Made by a program: the position numbers and the translations under genes. Positions 1-9,575 of a DNA stretch of 64,000 nt are shown here, one piece after another. Positions within the stretch are counted from its first letter, which is position 1; each line of letters opens with the position of its first letter. The stretch is taken from assembly GCA_039698055.1 (NCBI GenBank), contig JBDKTL010000024.1, positions 4,264 to 68,263 on the forward strand, read 5' to 3'. Origin of the DNA: Methanoregula sp. GTDB lineage: Archaea; Halobacteriota; Methanomicrobia; Methanomicrobiales; Methanospirillaceae. The notes below the pieces were generated by a model. The model did not search any database, was not told the DNA's origin, and was given only the letters and a program-made list of their open reading frames with translations.

Positions 1-244
1 ACCGCTGCATCTTCCGGGCAGGTACTTTTTTTGGTTTTGCACTTTTTTTAATGGGTTTTGCCGTCGTTTTTCCCGCAAAAACCACAGGGGCTTTTTTTAA
101 GGCTGCCTTTTTTGGTTGTGCAGCGACCATTTTTTTAGCAGGTGCCGCCGTCATTTTCGCTCCGGACACCGGTTTTGCTTTCACAGATACTTTCTTTTTT
201 GTTATCGATCCAGCCATTCTGGACGTTTTTTTGGTTGTTGCCAT
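1..244 (-). CDS. Lys/Ala/Pro-rich basic protein, N-terminal fragment (ORF continues past left window edge)
   Basis: My reverse translation from ATG at 244-242 gives MATTKKTSRMAGSITKKKVSVKAKPVSGAKMTAAPAKKMVAAQPKKAALKKAPVVFAGKTTAKPIKKSAKPKKVPARKMQR, open to position 1. It is absent from the ORF track because it is truncated. The + strand ORFs 51-324 are its mirror frames. Confidence 0.4.
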   Translation of the reverse strand, partial: MATTKKTSRMAGSITKKKVSVKAKPVSGAKMTAAPAKKMVAAQPKKAALKKAPVVFAGKTTAKPIKKSAKPKKVPARKMQR

Positions 245-478
245 CAGAACTTCACCCTTCAGGGCTCATTCGTTCTTTTCTTAAAAATTCTGCTTTACGA
301 ACAGCCCGTATAGGAGAAGAATAGCAATTGCCGATTCTTATATATTATGGATGCAGCAATCCATTCTACAAAAAATTGCAGGACTGGCCTTGTACAAACC
401 TCCGGACTGGGGAGAATGCCACGGCGAAAGACCCCGTCAATTTATCCGTCAGAACTTCCCATACTGTGAATTATTGAT

Positions 479-1066
479 ATGGCAGACATCATTTCAGGAG
501 TAATCTATGCATTTGCGGCACTGTTTGTCATTCTTGACCCCATCCTGTCAGTGCCGATCTTTGCTGCAATGACCAAGGGACAGACCGCAGTGGAGGTCCA
601 CAAACAGGCGTTCATCGCGGTGGCAGTTGCCGGAAGCCTGATGTATATTTTCCTTGTTTTTAATACGCTGATCTTTGATATTCTCGGACTGACCCTGCCC
701 AGTTTCCAGATTGCAGGAGGTATTCTGCTCTTTATTTTAGGTATGCAGATGGCTCTTGGAATTGCTTTAGGAACGTCCAAAGAACGGGCTACATCGGCGG
801 CGGGAGTTGTTATTGGCACACCGCTCCTCTGTGGGCCGGGTGCCATTACAACGGTGATGCTCCTTTCCCGGGATTACGGAATCCTGATCCCGTTCATAGC
901 CATCACCCTTTCACTCATTGCCACGTGGATCATCCTGTTTTATGCTTCATCAATCCAGCGTATCCTTGGGGATGTGGTTACCGATATCATGGGAAAGGTG
1001 CTCGGAATGCTCGTGGCTGCGATTGCCATCAAGATTATCTTTGCCGGTATTCTGGCAATGATTTGA
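479..1066 (+). CDS. MarC family (UPF0056) integral membrane protein
   Basis: 195 aa with about 6 hydrophobic helices. The N-terminus FAALFVILDPILSVPIFAAMT and the GTPLLCGPGAITT motif are typical of the MarC/NAAT family. Confidence 0.75.
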   Translation: MADIISGVIYAFAALFVILDPILSVPIFAAMTKGQTAVEVHKQAFIAVAVAGSLMYIFLVFNTLIFDILGLTLPSFQIAGGILLFILGMQMALGIALGTSKERATSAAGVVIGTPLLCGPGAITTVMLLSRDYGILIPFIAITLSLIATWIILFYASSIQRILGDVVTDIMGKVLGMLVAAIAIKIIFAGILAMI

Positions 1067-1199
1067 TAATTGCATCCAGAAAAAACGCTTAAAAAAATTT
1101 TGTGAACGAATAGAGGAATATCCCTTTTTTCCTAAACGGTTCTTATGATGTTTTTCCTGAAATGATCGATACCCGGCACAAGCGCCCTGCGGTGCCGTA

Positions 1200-2096
1200 T
1201 CAGGAATCGCTCTTCAGGGTATATACTTCCACCATATGATGGGGGTGATACCGCATTTTTGCTTCCCGCAGCCCGGGGACGCCAAGATCGCTTTCCCGGT
1301 TAATATAAGTGAAGTTTTTTGCCAGCACCGCAGCGGTCTCCGCGTTGATTGCCTTGTATATTCCCTCACAATCAGGCAACCCTTTTTCAAAATGGACAAG
1401 AGCTGTATCAGCATTAAGTGGTTCAAACAGGGAGATGGCTGCAATACGGTCATCCACCCGGATCATCAGGCCCATGATCGATAGTTCGGTGAAATGCTCG
1501 ATTGCATAGAATACCGCATCTTTCTCGTGGGCAAGAACGGTATCATTCTCACAGCCTTTCCATTCGCACCACTTGATGAGAAAACTCATGACCTCGTCCC
1601 GGTTCTCCGGGGTTATCGGTTCAACACGGTGCGAGCAGTTGTGCCGGAATTTGTGTAACTGGTTGCGGATCTTCAGATAATTCCTGCCCTGCAACTCCGC
1701 AAGATCGGTTGCCAGGTACACGTACTCGTAATGGTTCCGGTCCGGCACAAGCGTCATGTCCGGGCATACGTCTTTTATCCACGCCGCAGTATCAGGATCG
1801 ATCAGCACAACGGGTCTCTCTGGGTCGCCGACATCGGATGCAAGGCGGACGAGCGCACGTAAAAGATCCGGATCGTGCGGTCCAATGGGAGCACGAAACC
1901 GGGTGATACCATCAATCGTGCTTGCAAGGATCACGTTCCCGTTAACATAGGCATACCGGTAATGTGCAAAATGGTTCCAGCAGACCATGTTCGTGAACGT
2001 GTTGTCGCTGTGCGTCTGGGGATAGCGTGCATAATGCTGTGCAAAAAAATCCCGGTCGGCAAGAGTGACGGGGATAAAATCATCCTGTTTTAGCAT
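1200..2096 (-). CDS. DUF2156 protein (similar to the C-terminal domain of phosphatidylglycerol lysyltransferase/MprF)
   Basis: 298 aa. The N-terminal pattern FFAQHYARYPQTHSDNTFTNMVCWNHF and overall length match the stand-alone DUF2156 family as I recall it. Its ATG directly abuts the stop of the upstream GNAT gene. Confidence 0.55.
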   Translation of the reverse strand: MLKQDDFIPVTLADRDFFAQHYARYPQTHSDNTFTNMVCWNHFAHYRYAYVNGNVILASTIDGITRFRAPIGPHDPDLLRALVRLASDVGDPERPVVLIDPDTAAWIKDVCPDMTLVPDRNHYEYVYLATDLAELQGRNYLKIRNQLHKFRHNCSHRVEPITPENRDEVMSFLIKWCEWKGCENDTVLAHEKDAVFYAIEHFTELSIMGLMIRVDDRIAAISLFEPLNADTALVHFEKGLPDCEGIYKAINAETAAVLAKNFTYINRESDLGVPGLREAKMRYHPHHMVEVYTLKSDS

Positions 2097-2555
2097 TTAA
2101 TCCTCACCACGGTAAATCATCGGGATATGCCCGGTCATCCGCTCAAACCCAAGGGGCAGATAGAACTCTTCAAAGTCAGGTTCGGCAATCAGTCCTATCC
2201 ATGACAGCCCCGCCTCTTTACAGTGTTTGACCAGCAAGGAGACAATCTTTTTCCCGATACCCCTGCCACGGAACGCCGGAAGGATAACCAGGTCCTGGAT
2301 ATATGCATCAGATACACCATCAGAAAGCACGCGCCCCATGCCAACGGTACAGTTGCTGGTGGTTTCAATGGCAACAGCAAACGCAAAACTACCTTTGATA
2401 AGACGGGGGATTTCTGCCGGATCGTATTCATCCTTCCACCAGCCGCCAGCCCGGTACAGATCGACTATTGCCGGTATATCGTAATGATCGACAAGAGATA
2501 CGGTAATCTGGATATCCGGTCCGATCATTGCATCGCTCCCGGTAAAAAAAAACAT
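2097..2555 (-). CDS. GNAT family N-acetyltransferase
   Basis: 152 aa with the acetyl-CoA binding motif QDLVILPAFRGRGIGKKIV (Q/RxxGxG/A). Confidence 0.8.
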   Translation of the reverse strand: MFFFTGSDAMIGPDIQITVSLVDHYDIPAIVDLYRAGGWWKDEYDPAEIPRLIKGSFAFAVAIETTSNCTVGMGRVLSDGVSDAYIQDLVILPAFRGRGIGKKIVSLLVKHCKEAGLSWIGLIAEPDFEEFYLPLGFERMTGHIPMIYRGED

Positions 2556-2603
2556 GGATCACGAAGAGTATCTGAATCGACAGACAATTGGATATACGGA
2601 TAA

Positions 2604-3149
2604 TTATTCCGGACGTGCATGAGCAGTCAGTTGTTCAATCGCGATGTCCACGATCGCCCCGAGATCTTCCACTTTCCATTTTTCAGAGTTCAGGATAATA
2701 TGGTAGATCGAGAGATCGTCAATATGGATGTCATAATACGCACGATATCGTCCTGCTTCGCAGTGTTCCCGTTCGAGCGTGATTTTTTTTGCTGTTTCTT
2801 CATCCGCAATCTGATCGCGGAATACAATCCGTTTCAGCCTGCAGTCAATCGGGGCATACAGCCAGATTTTCAGGTCTGCGTTATCAACCATCCATCCGGA
2901 AAGTCTGCCTTCAACGATTATGTTGTTCTTCTGTGCGGCGATCTCTTTCTGGCGCTGGTCAATCATCTTGTCGTAAGAGGGGTCTGTTTCTGCAAGATGC
3001 CCGAACTCTGCAAGATCCATGTTGTGCTCTTTTGCACACAGCCGGAAAACCTCTCCGGCCGAGATCATCTCAAACCCATGACGCTTGGCAAGGTACCGTG
3101 AGAGTGAGGTCGTCCCGCTGCCGGGAAGCCCGCTCACGGTGATCCGCAT
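2604..3149 (-). CDS. cmk: Cytidylate kinase, archaeal type
   Basis: P-loop MRITVSGLPGSGTTS, 181 aa, in the conserved position at the distal end of the archaeal spc/secY/adk cluster. ATGA overlap with the upstream gene. Confidence 0.85.
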   Translation of the reverse strand: MRITVSGLPGSGTTSLSRYLAKRHGFEMISAGEVFRLCAKEHNMDLAEFGHLAETDPSYDKMIDQRQKEIAAQKNNIIVEGRLSGWMVDNADLKIWLYAPIDCRLKRIVFRDQIADEETAKKITLEREHCEAGRYRAYYDIHIDDLSIYHIILNSEKWKVEDLGAIVDIAIEQLTAHARPE

Positions 3150-3760
3150 CAGATTCCCCCAATATTAAGGGCTTTCCTGATAACCTGGCTCAGCGCAATG
3201 GAGCAGATCATGTACCACAGCATCCATGCCGGAACGATCCAGAGAACAGGAGCAGTCAGACTCTGGACGCCATAATACGGGAGAGTGATGGTTGTAGTAA
3301 CTTCACTTAAACGAAAGAGCAGCCAGAAGAAGATCGGGACGGTGAGAACAAGGATATATGCCATCGGTTTGAACTGCTGCTGCGACATCTCCATCTGTTC
3401 CCGCATTACTTTTTGCTGTTTTGCCTCCATCTTCTTGATCTTCTTTTCGTCCTGCGACAACTGCACTTCACGGAATTCTTTCTGGAACTCTTTCATCCGC
3501 TCCTGTGTTTCTGCCATCCGCTCATAATCGATGGTGTATTTCTGGATGATCGAAGAATACAGGCCTGTCAGTGCGGACAGGATCACGATCAGGATAAAGA
3601 ACGGGATTTTAAACTCAGTCACGAACGGGGAAAACACCAGATCGATGCTTCTCCCCACACCAATGCGCAGCCATTCAATGCTGTAGGAAAACATCATCAG
3701 CATCATGAAGAGCAGTGCAACGTATAATCCGTATTTGTCCCAGAATTTTCCAAAATCCAT
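3149..3760 (-). CDS. DUF106 membrane protein (archaeal YidC/Oxa1/EMC3-like insertase homolog)
   Basis: Three TM segments flank a charged coiled region (KEFQKEFREVQLSQDEKKIKKMEAKQQK). Conserved adk-DUF106-cmk synteny. I chose the ATG at 3760, preceded by AGGTGA; the track start at 3781 is TTG. Confidence 0.7.
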   Translation of the reverse strand: MDFGKFWDKYGLYVALLFMMLMMFSYSIEWLRIGVGRSIDLVFSPFVTEFKIPFFILIVILSALTGLYSSIIQKYTIDYERMAETQERMKEFQKEFREVQLSQDEKKIKKMEAKQQKVMREQMEMSQQQFKPMAYILVLTVPIFFWLLFRLSEVTTTITLPYYGVQSLTAPVLWIVPAWMLWYMICSIALSQVIRKALNIGGI

Positions 3761-3764
3761 GAAT

Positions 3765-4337
3765 TCACCTAAGGGTTTCAACTAAATTCTGCGATGCCTG
3801 CTCCAGCAGGAAATCGGCGTTGGTAATGATTTTAATGGTGCTTCCCGTCACCATTGCATATGCAGCAGCAATTGACCGGTTGAACTGCTGGTGTTCGGCT
3901 ATTGAGCGTGAACCTTCTTTGTCCCGCATGCGGGTTTCATCGGAAAGCCGGCGCATGAGGATCTGGTCATCATCTGTCTCAACAAGGACGATAATATCAG
4001 GCATAATCTCGCGCAGCACCCATTCGGGAAGCCCCGCGAGATAGCCTTTTGGTGTTTTGACAGATGCATGCGTATCGATCAGCACATTGCCCGGAATCTT
4101 TGCGATTGCCTGGGCTGCAAACTGCTGCAACCGTTTCTGGACGGTGCGATCGAGTGCCCGCATCTGGTCGCGATCCTGCACGATTCCTTCAGATTTTGCC
4201 ACCTCGAACATGAAGGTGCCAAAGTTGATCGGCTGGTATTCGACTCCTTCTTCCCTGAGTTTCTTTAATGCCTCGTTGACAACCGTCGTTTTACCAACGC
4301 CCGGAACTCCGGTGATAATGACTTTTTTTCCTGCCAT
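3765..4337 (-). CDS. adkA: Adenylate kinase, archaeal AdkA type
   Basis: MAGKKVIITGVPGVGKTT P-loop immediately downstream of secY. ATG at 4337 chosen; the track start at 4370 is TTG. Confidence 0.85.
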   Translation of the reverse strand: MAGKKVIITGVPGVGKTTVVNEALKKLREEGVEYQPINFGTFMFEVAKSEGIVQDRDQMRALDRTVQKRLQQFAAQAIAKIPGNVLIDTHASVKTPKGYLAGLPEWVLREIMPDIIVLVETDDDQILMRRLSDETRMRDKEGSRSIAEHQQFNRSIAAAYAMVTGSTIKIITNADFLLEQASQNLVETLR

Positions 4338-4356
4338 TCTCGTCCCTTTCCACTTT

Positions 4357-5790
4357 TCATTCTTTGCCAAAGAACGTCCGCATGAACGGGTACATCTCCA
4401 TGATCTGCTGGCTGGCGATCTCCTCGTAGAGACGGTAGGTAATACTCACGGTCAGCAATAATCCTGTGCCGCTTACCGCTCCAATCACACCAAACAGGTT
4501 CGCTATCACACTGAGCAATCCGATGAATACTCCTCCGATAACCGTGACACGCGGAATATACCGGTCAAGGTACTTTTCCAGCACCTGCGGATTTCTCCGG
4601 TAGCCGGGAATGGACATGCCTGACATCTGGATCTGGCGGGCGACATCTTTTGAATCCAGCCCGGCCGTCTTGATCCAGAAGAGTGCAAAGATCGCTCCTC
4701 CGACCACCATGAATGTGGTATCGATCCCCAGACGTAATAGGATTTCCCATGGCGCATGACCGAGATCAGTCGTCCACCACATCCACTGGGTAGGCCCGTT
4801 GATTGGGGCGAGGAAATACATCAGACCCGAAACAGGGGTCTGGCCATCGAATTTCCCAAGAATGGTAATCCCGATATTTGAAAGGAACATTCCCAGCATC
4901 TGGATGTTTGCCTGTAAGACTCTGACGAGAATCATCGGCAGGACACTTGCATAGATCAGTTTGACCGGGAACCGTGCCCGCGCTCCCCTGACCTGCGCAT
5001 GTGCAAGGGGGATTTCGATGCGCGTTGATTCAACATACACGATGATAAGAAATATCGCAATGGTAGTGACAAATGCGAGCAGTTCCGTCCCGAAATACTG
5101 GATGAAGTTCGCGCCATCGAGCACGACAGCAACGAGCCGGGGGAAAAATCCTACAGGGTACGGATCACTGACCGGCAGCCAGTTGATGAACCCGTTGACG
5201 ATTGCCTGGGATATCCCGGCAATAATGAACAGTCCGACCCCGGAACCGATACCCCATTTGGTCACAACTTCATCCATCAGGAAAACCAGCACACCGCCAA
5301 TACAGATCTGAATGAATATCAGGAGTGATACAGCAAACAGGCTTCCTCCGAAGAATTGCTGCGCGATGACCGGGTCCGGCTGCATAAAGCCCCCAATCAG
5401 GTTGGGTGCCGCTTCGATGACGATCATGACAAGGATGAGGATCTTCTGTAACCCCATGTACATGACCTGTCCACGGGTCTCACTGGTATCGATATGAAGG
5501 ATATCAGCACCTTTCAGGAGCTGGAGTACAATTGAAGCTGTAACGATGGGCCCGATACCAAGATGGACGATCGAACCGCTTGCACCGGCAAGCAGTGCCC
5601 GCCAGTAAAGGAATACATCCTGTGAGCTCGATGCAAGCCCGAATACAGGAATATTTGTTAATGCAAAATACAGAACCAGAATTCCAAATGTCCACATCAG
5701 TTTGTTTTTGAAGTGGACATGTCCCTCGGGACTCTTGACTGCGGGCATCGCAGCAAGCAGGGGTTCCATTCGATCCAGCAGGTCTCCCAT
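4357..5790 (-). CDS. secY: Preprotein translocase subunit SecY
   Basis: 477 aa, 10-TM pattern, follows rpl15 as in all archaea. GGTGA lies 4 nt upstream of the ATG. Confidence 0.95.
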   Translation of the reverse strand: MGDLLDRMEPLLAAMPAVKSPEGHVHFKNKLMWTFGILVLYFALTNIPVFGLASSSQDVFLYWRALLAGASGSIVHLGIGPIVTASIVLQLLKGADILHIDTSETRGQVMYMGLQKILILVMIVIEAAPNLIGGFMQPDPVIAQQFFGGSLFAVSLLIFIQICIGGVLVFLMDEVVTKWGIGSGVGLFIIAGISQAIVNGFINWLPVSDPYPVGFFPRLVAVVLDGANFIQYFGTELLAFVTTIAIFLIIVYVESTRIEIPLAHAQVRGARARFPVKLIYASVLPMILVRVLQANIQMLGMFLSNIGITILGKFDGQTPVSGLMYFLAPINGPTQWMWWTTDLGHAPWEILLRLGIDTTFMVVGGAIFALFWIKTAGLDSKDVARQIQMSGMSIPGYRRNPQVLEKYLDRYIPRVTVIGGVFIGLLSVIANLFGVIGAVSGTGLLLTVSITYRLYEEIASQQIMEMYPFMRTFFGKE

Positions 5791-5814
5791 TGTTTCACCA
5801 AAAAATCAGGTGGG

Positions 5815-6243
5815 TCAGACGACCTGCGCCTTTCCACCAAGTTTCTCGATCTTTGCTATTGCCTGTTGAGAGAACGCTTCAGCCGAGATAGTAAGTTTCT
5901 TTGTGACTTTTCCGCTGCCCAAAATTTTCTCGATGCCGAGATCGGCAGCATTCAGCACGACGGTGTCTCCTTCCTTTTTGGCAATTCCCTGTGCAATCAG
6001 CGACGGTAAGATCTGATCGATGATACCAACGTCCATCACCGCAACAGTGACGGCGGGATTATGGAAGAACCCGTTCTTTCCAAAGACCGGCCCTCCCATC
6101 TCCATATACCACTTGACAAAGTGGTGGGCGTTGATACCGGCGCGTCCTCTGCCGCCACGGTTTCCTGCCCCACGCCGGTTCTTGTGGGTTCCGCCACCGC
6201 ATGTCCTCGATCCACGGTATCTTGAGCGTTTGTTTGTTGGCAT
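5815..6243 (-). CDS. rpl15: 50S ribosomal protein L15 (uL15)
   Basis: N-terminus KRSRYRGSRTCGGGTHKNRRGAGNRGGRG. ATG at 6243 is preceded by GAGGTGA; the track start at 6252 is GTG. Confidence 0.9.
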   Translation of the reverse strand: MPTNKRSRYRGSRTCGGGTHKNRRGAGNRGGRGRAGINAHHFVKWYMEMGGPVFGKNGFFHNPAVTVAVMDVGIIDQILPSLIAQGIAKKEGDTVVLNAADLGIEKILGSGKVTKKLTISAEAFSQQAIAKIEKLGGKAQVV

Positions 6244-6248
6244 CCCAT

Positions 6249-6710
6249 TCACCTCATCTTATAAAGGAGTGTATTGATCTCCTGACCATAATAGCCAAGC
6301 GATCCGCCCTGAACAAAGGTGCGCTTGGTGGTCTTGTATCCCTTGCGCGGCGGGTGCAGCCGGAGAACCGGCTTTAATCCTGCAATATCACGCAGTTTTG
6401 ATTCGCCATTTGCAAGAGCCTGTGCAAAATCCACAATCCCGCTATAGGTTGAGTTTGATTTGATGTACTCATCCGTAAGAGGACCGTCCCCCATGACTCT
6501 GCCGCGGGTGCGCAGCAGGGTCTCGATGGTTGGGGCATCCACTTCGCCATAGGCAACATAGTCCTTTACTTTACGGATCATCCCGAGATTTTCGGGAGTG
6601 TCCGCAATAAGGACGCAGTGGTTGATGTGATGCAGGCGAAGCATCTTTAAGGTGTCTTTGATATCCTGACGGGTGTTTACTACGCCGCGGACCTGTACAA
6701 CTGCGTACAT
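6249..6710 (-). CDS. rpl30: 50S ribosomal protein L30 (uL30)
   Basis: [26 protein letters not shown] is a typical archaeal L30 start. Position is between rps5 and rpl15. Confidence 0.9.
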   Translation of the reverse strand: MYAVVQVRGVVNTRQDIKDTLKMLRLHHINHCVLIADTPENLGMIRKVKDYVAYGEVDAPTIETLLRTRGRVMGDGPLTDEYIKSNSTYSGIVDFAQALANGESKLRDIAGLKPVLRLHPPRKGYKTTKRTFVQGGSLGYYGQEINTLLYKMR

Positions 6711-7327
6711 TACTGTGAGCCCCCGGTCCGGATCATATTCGTCCCTTTTAATGCGTTGAACGTTGCCTTTGCAAAGTTGATTGTGGTACGGGTCTGTCCG
6801 CGTGCAAAGGTCCAGGCATCCTTGATACCGGCAAGCTGAAGCACTTTTTTGCTGATGTCACCGGTAACAAGCCCGATGCCCTGCGGTGCCGGTTTGAGGG
6901 TAATGCGGACGCTGCCTGCGGTGCCTTCAACCTGCATGGGAATTGAGTGCGTGAGATCGCACCCGCATTCCCAGCTGCCGCAGCCGCGGTGGACTTTTAC
7001 CAGGTTCATCTTTGCTTTTACAATCGCTTTCTTGATTGCATCGCCGACCTGCACATCTTTACCCTGACCAAACCCGATATAGCCATTCCGGTTACCGACA
7101 ATGACAACCGCACGGAATTGTACACGGCGGCCTGAGTCGGTCATTCGCTGCATCATGGCGATATCGAGAACTTCATCTTCCAGATCCGGAAGGAAATAAT
7201 CGACGATCTCAGGTTCCTTGATGGGTCTGCCGCTCTCAAGCACCTGGTCGATGCTCTTGATCTCTCCTGATGCGACGAGTTTGCCAAGACCGGTGATCGG
7301 GCGCCATTCTACCTTTTCGTATGCCAT
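6710..7327 (-). CDS. rps5: 30S ribosomal protein S5 (uS5)
   Basis: The [18 protein letters not shown] and [19 protein letters not shown] motifs; operon position. Confidence 0.95.
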   Translation of the reverse strand: MAYEKVEWRPITGLGKLVASGEIKSIDQVLESGRPIKEPEIVDYFLPDLEDEVLDIAMMQRMTDSGRRVQFRAVVIVGNRNGYIGFGQGKDVQVGDAIKKAIVKAKMNLVKVHRGCGSWECGCDLTHSIPMQVEGTAGSVRITLKPAPQGIGLVTGDISKKVLQLAGIKDAWTFARGQTRTTINFAKATFNALKGTNMIRTGGSQ

Positions 7328-7852
7328 TTACACCATCTCCTTTTTTATGGCGTCTGCCACCTGTTCAACATTCTTGACGATATCAGCGGAGTTTTTGTTG
7401 TATGCGGCGATATGTTCACCTTTAACCCGTTCATCGGGCGGAAGGATTGATTCGCCGTGCGGTATATCAAGTCCTGCCTCGACAGCGCCTTTGAGTGCGG
7501 CAAATACCCGTGCACCATGTGTTGCCCGGTTCAGGCCGATGTCCAGAATGGCACTGTCCTGTTGTGCCTTCTTTGCCTTAACCGCAAAGAGCATGCCGGT
7601 AAGGTATGCTGCAGGGGTGTTCGAGGTTGATCCCTTGTATCCGTATTTTTCCAGTTCCGCAGAGTTTGCTGCTACCAGTGTCCGGTCGCCATCCATCTCG
7701 GCGGTGACCAGTTGCACAATGATATGCCGGTTTGTCTTGCGCACAACCATGCGCGGCACATCTGCGACAACAAGCCGGGTTCTCTGGTAATAATCGGTTT
7801 TGCCATCCCTTCGTCTTCGGAAGGGTACAAAATACCGTGGTCCGGTTGCCAT
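7328..7852 (-). CDS. rpl18: 50S ribosomal protein L18 (uL18)
   Basis: [24 protein letters not shown] is a canonical archaeal L18 N-terminus. Confidence 0.9.
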   Translation of the reverse strand: MATGPRYFVPFRRRRDGKTDYYQRTRLVVADVPRMVVRKTNRHIIVQLVTAEMDGDRTLVAANSAELEKYGYKGSTSNTPAAYLTGMLFAVKAKKAQQDSAILDIGLNRATHGARVFAALKGAVEAGLDIPHGESILPPDERVKGEHIAAYNKNSADIVKNVEQVADAIKKEMV

Positions 7853-7853
7853 G

Positions 7854-8306
7854 TTACTTCATCCTCCCGGCAATAATCTCCATCTGTGCTTTCATGTGTG
7901 CAACACTCCGGTACTGCCCACCGGCGGCCTTCCGATAAATAATACGGTACAAGTGCCTGTCGACCGTACCTGCATCGCGAAGTGCAACGAGAGCTTTGCG
8001 GATTGCGCGGATCTTCTGGATCCATGCACGCTTGCTTGGCGTCCGTGCACCCTTGGCACCTTTCCGTTTCCCGACACCTTTGCGGTGCCCGTACGCACGC
8101 TGTGCCGTTCGGATGCGTGCCCTGCCACGGCTCACACCTTTCTTCTGGTGCGCTTTTATTGCCCCGTCAGTAATAAGCCCGCGTAAATCTTCGCGTGAGA
8201 TCGCGTTCTCGATATCCGAGAGACGTTCCGGGTCAAACCAGACACGGTTGACACCACATTTCATGATTGAGGCGGCAATGCGCTTCTGGCTCGCGACATC
8301 AGTCAT
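7854..8306 (-). CDS. rpl19e: 50S ribosomal protein L19e (eL19)
   Basis: [23 protein letters not shown] motif, 150 aa, operon position. Confidence 0.9.
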   Translation of the reverse strand: MTDVASQKRIAASIMKCGVNRVWFDPERLSDIENAISREDLRGLITDGAIKAHQKKGVSRGRARIRTAQRAYGHRKGVGKRKGAKGARTPSKRAWIQKIRAIRKALVALRDAGTVDRHLYRIIYRKAAGGQYRSVAHMKAQMEIIAGRMK

Positions 8307-9033
8307 TCTTCTTCACCTCGGACCCGGTCTTCTTTTTCGGTTTTGCTTTTGATTCTGCCGGAGTTTTTGTCTTGGGAGAATCCACGGTTTTTTCAGCAGC
8401 CGGTTTTACAGATTTTTTCTCGGGTTTTGCCGCATCCTTTGAGGGGACTTTTCCAGCCTTCTTTTCAGGTTTTTCCGTTGCTTCCTTTGCAGGTTTCTCT
8501 GAAGATTTCACAGCGGCTGCTTTCACCGGTTTTTTCGCTTCGGACGCTTTTTGAACCTTGGCCTTTACGGGCTCAGCCTTAGCTTTCGGCTTGGCTTCCT
8601 TCTTTTTCTCAGGCGCTTTTACTACTTCAGGTGCCTTTTCCTTTTTTACCGGTTCCTTTGCAACACGGATGTTGAGCACCTTGAGTCCTGATTCAATTGC
8701 TTTTTCCTGAAGGGCAATGCGCTTTTTTGTGCCGACCGTGCCGGAGATCCGGACCGCATGCGTTTTTGGATCGACACCTTCAAGATCCTTTAAGTTGAAC
8801 ACGAGCGTTTCGAAAAATCCGCTGGGATGCATACCGCGCACCGCAATCGGGCTTCCAAAGCCGGGTTTCGGGAGTGCTCCTTTTGCCTTCTTCTGCTCCC
8901 TTTGCTTATTGTGCTGTCCACGGGGCTTTCTCCATGAATCGGCAAGCTGCCGTTTTTTGCCAAATCCGTCGCGTTTGAATACAGCACCCTTATCAGTGCG
9001 CACGCGGATTAATCGCTTTGTTTCTGTGGTCAT
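8299..9033 (-). CDS. rpl32e: 50S ribosomal protein L32e (eL32) with a ~120-aa Lys-rich C-terminal extension
   Basis: The N-terminal ~125 aa (WRKPRGQHNKQR...GTVGTKKRIALQEKA) is the eL32 core. The tail is KPAK/KEKA-like low complexity. Overlaps rpl19e by 8 nt. Confidence 0.85.
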   Translation of the reverse strand: MTTETKRLIRVRTDKGAVFKRDGFGKKRQLADSWRKPRGQHNKQREQKKAKGALPKPGFGSPIAVRGMHPSGFFETLVFNLKDLEGVDPKTHAVRISGTVGTKKRIALQEKAIESGLKVLNIRVAKEPVKKEKAPEVVKAPEKKKEAKPKAKAEPVKAKVQKASEAKKPVKAAAVKSSEKPAKEATEKPEKKAGKVPSKDAAKPEKKSVKPAAEKTVDSPKTKTPAESKAKPKKKTGSEVKKND

Positions 9034-9038
9034 TCTCT

Positions 9039-9563
9039 TCAGCCCCTCTGCACAATATATATGCCGTCCTGGAAGACACGGGGATCACGGTCACGAATGT
9101 GGGTTGCATGTTCGATGTTTGATGCAGTAGTTCCAACGAGTTCACGGTCGATACCGTCGAGCACAACTTCGTCGTTTGCAACCTTTATCTTTACACCCTC
9201 TTCGATACGTGCATATCGTGCCTTCTTTTCTCCGAGGAAGTTGTTGATCTCAAGCCGGTTTCCCTGCGTTTTTAACTGAATCGGGAAATGGCTGTAAACA
9301 ACTTTCATACGGTACTCGAATCCTTCAGATACGCCCCGGCACATGTTCTTTGCATGAACCTGAAACGTCCCGACAATCGCAACATTTTCCTTTCGTTTGG
9401 ATTCTGTGGAGATTGTCACTTCTTTCCCGTCACAGGTTATGACGACCTGGGGAAAACGCACGTTGCGTGAGATCTGCCCTTTTGGTCCGGTCACACGAAG
9501 CTGCGTTCCATCCAGATGGACCTTAACGCCATCGGGAATAGTTACTTTCCGTACTGTTGCCAT
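9039..9563 (-). CDS. rpl6: 50S ribosomal protein L6 (uL6)
   Basis: 174 aa, VKVHLDGTQLRVTGPKGQISR motif, operon position. Confidence 0.9.
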   Translation of the reverse strand: MATVRKVTIPDGVKVHLDGTQLRVTGPKGQISRNVRFPQVVITCDGKEVTISTESKRKENVAIVGTFQVHAKNMCRGVSEGFEYRMKVVYSHFPIQLKTQGNRLEINNFLGEKKARYARIEEGVKIKVANDEVVLDGIDRELVGTTASNIEHATHIRDRDPRVFQDGIYIVQRG

Positions 9564-9575
9564 AATTTTCGCACC

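Noticed and set aside
51-324. Three overlapping + strand ORFs (60-77 aa) at the left edge.
   Set aside because: They are Phe/Ala-rich mirror frames of the minus-strand Lys-rich ORF (the reverse complement of AAA/AAG codons), with no start context.
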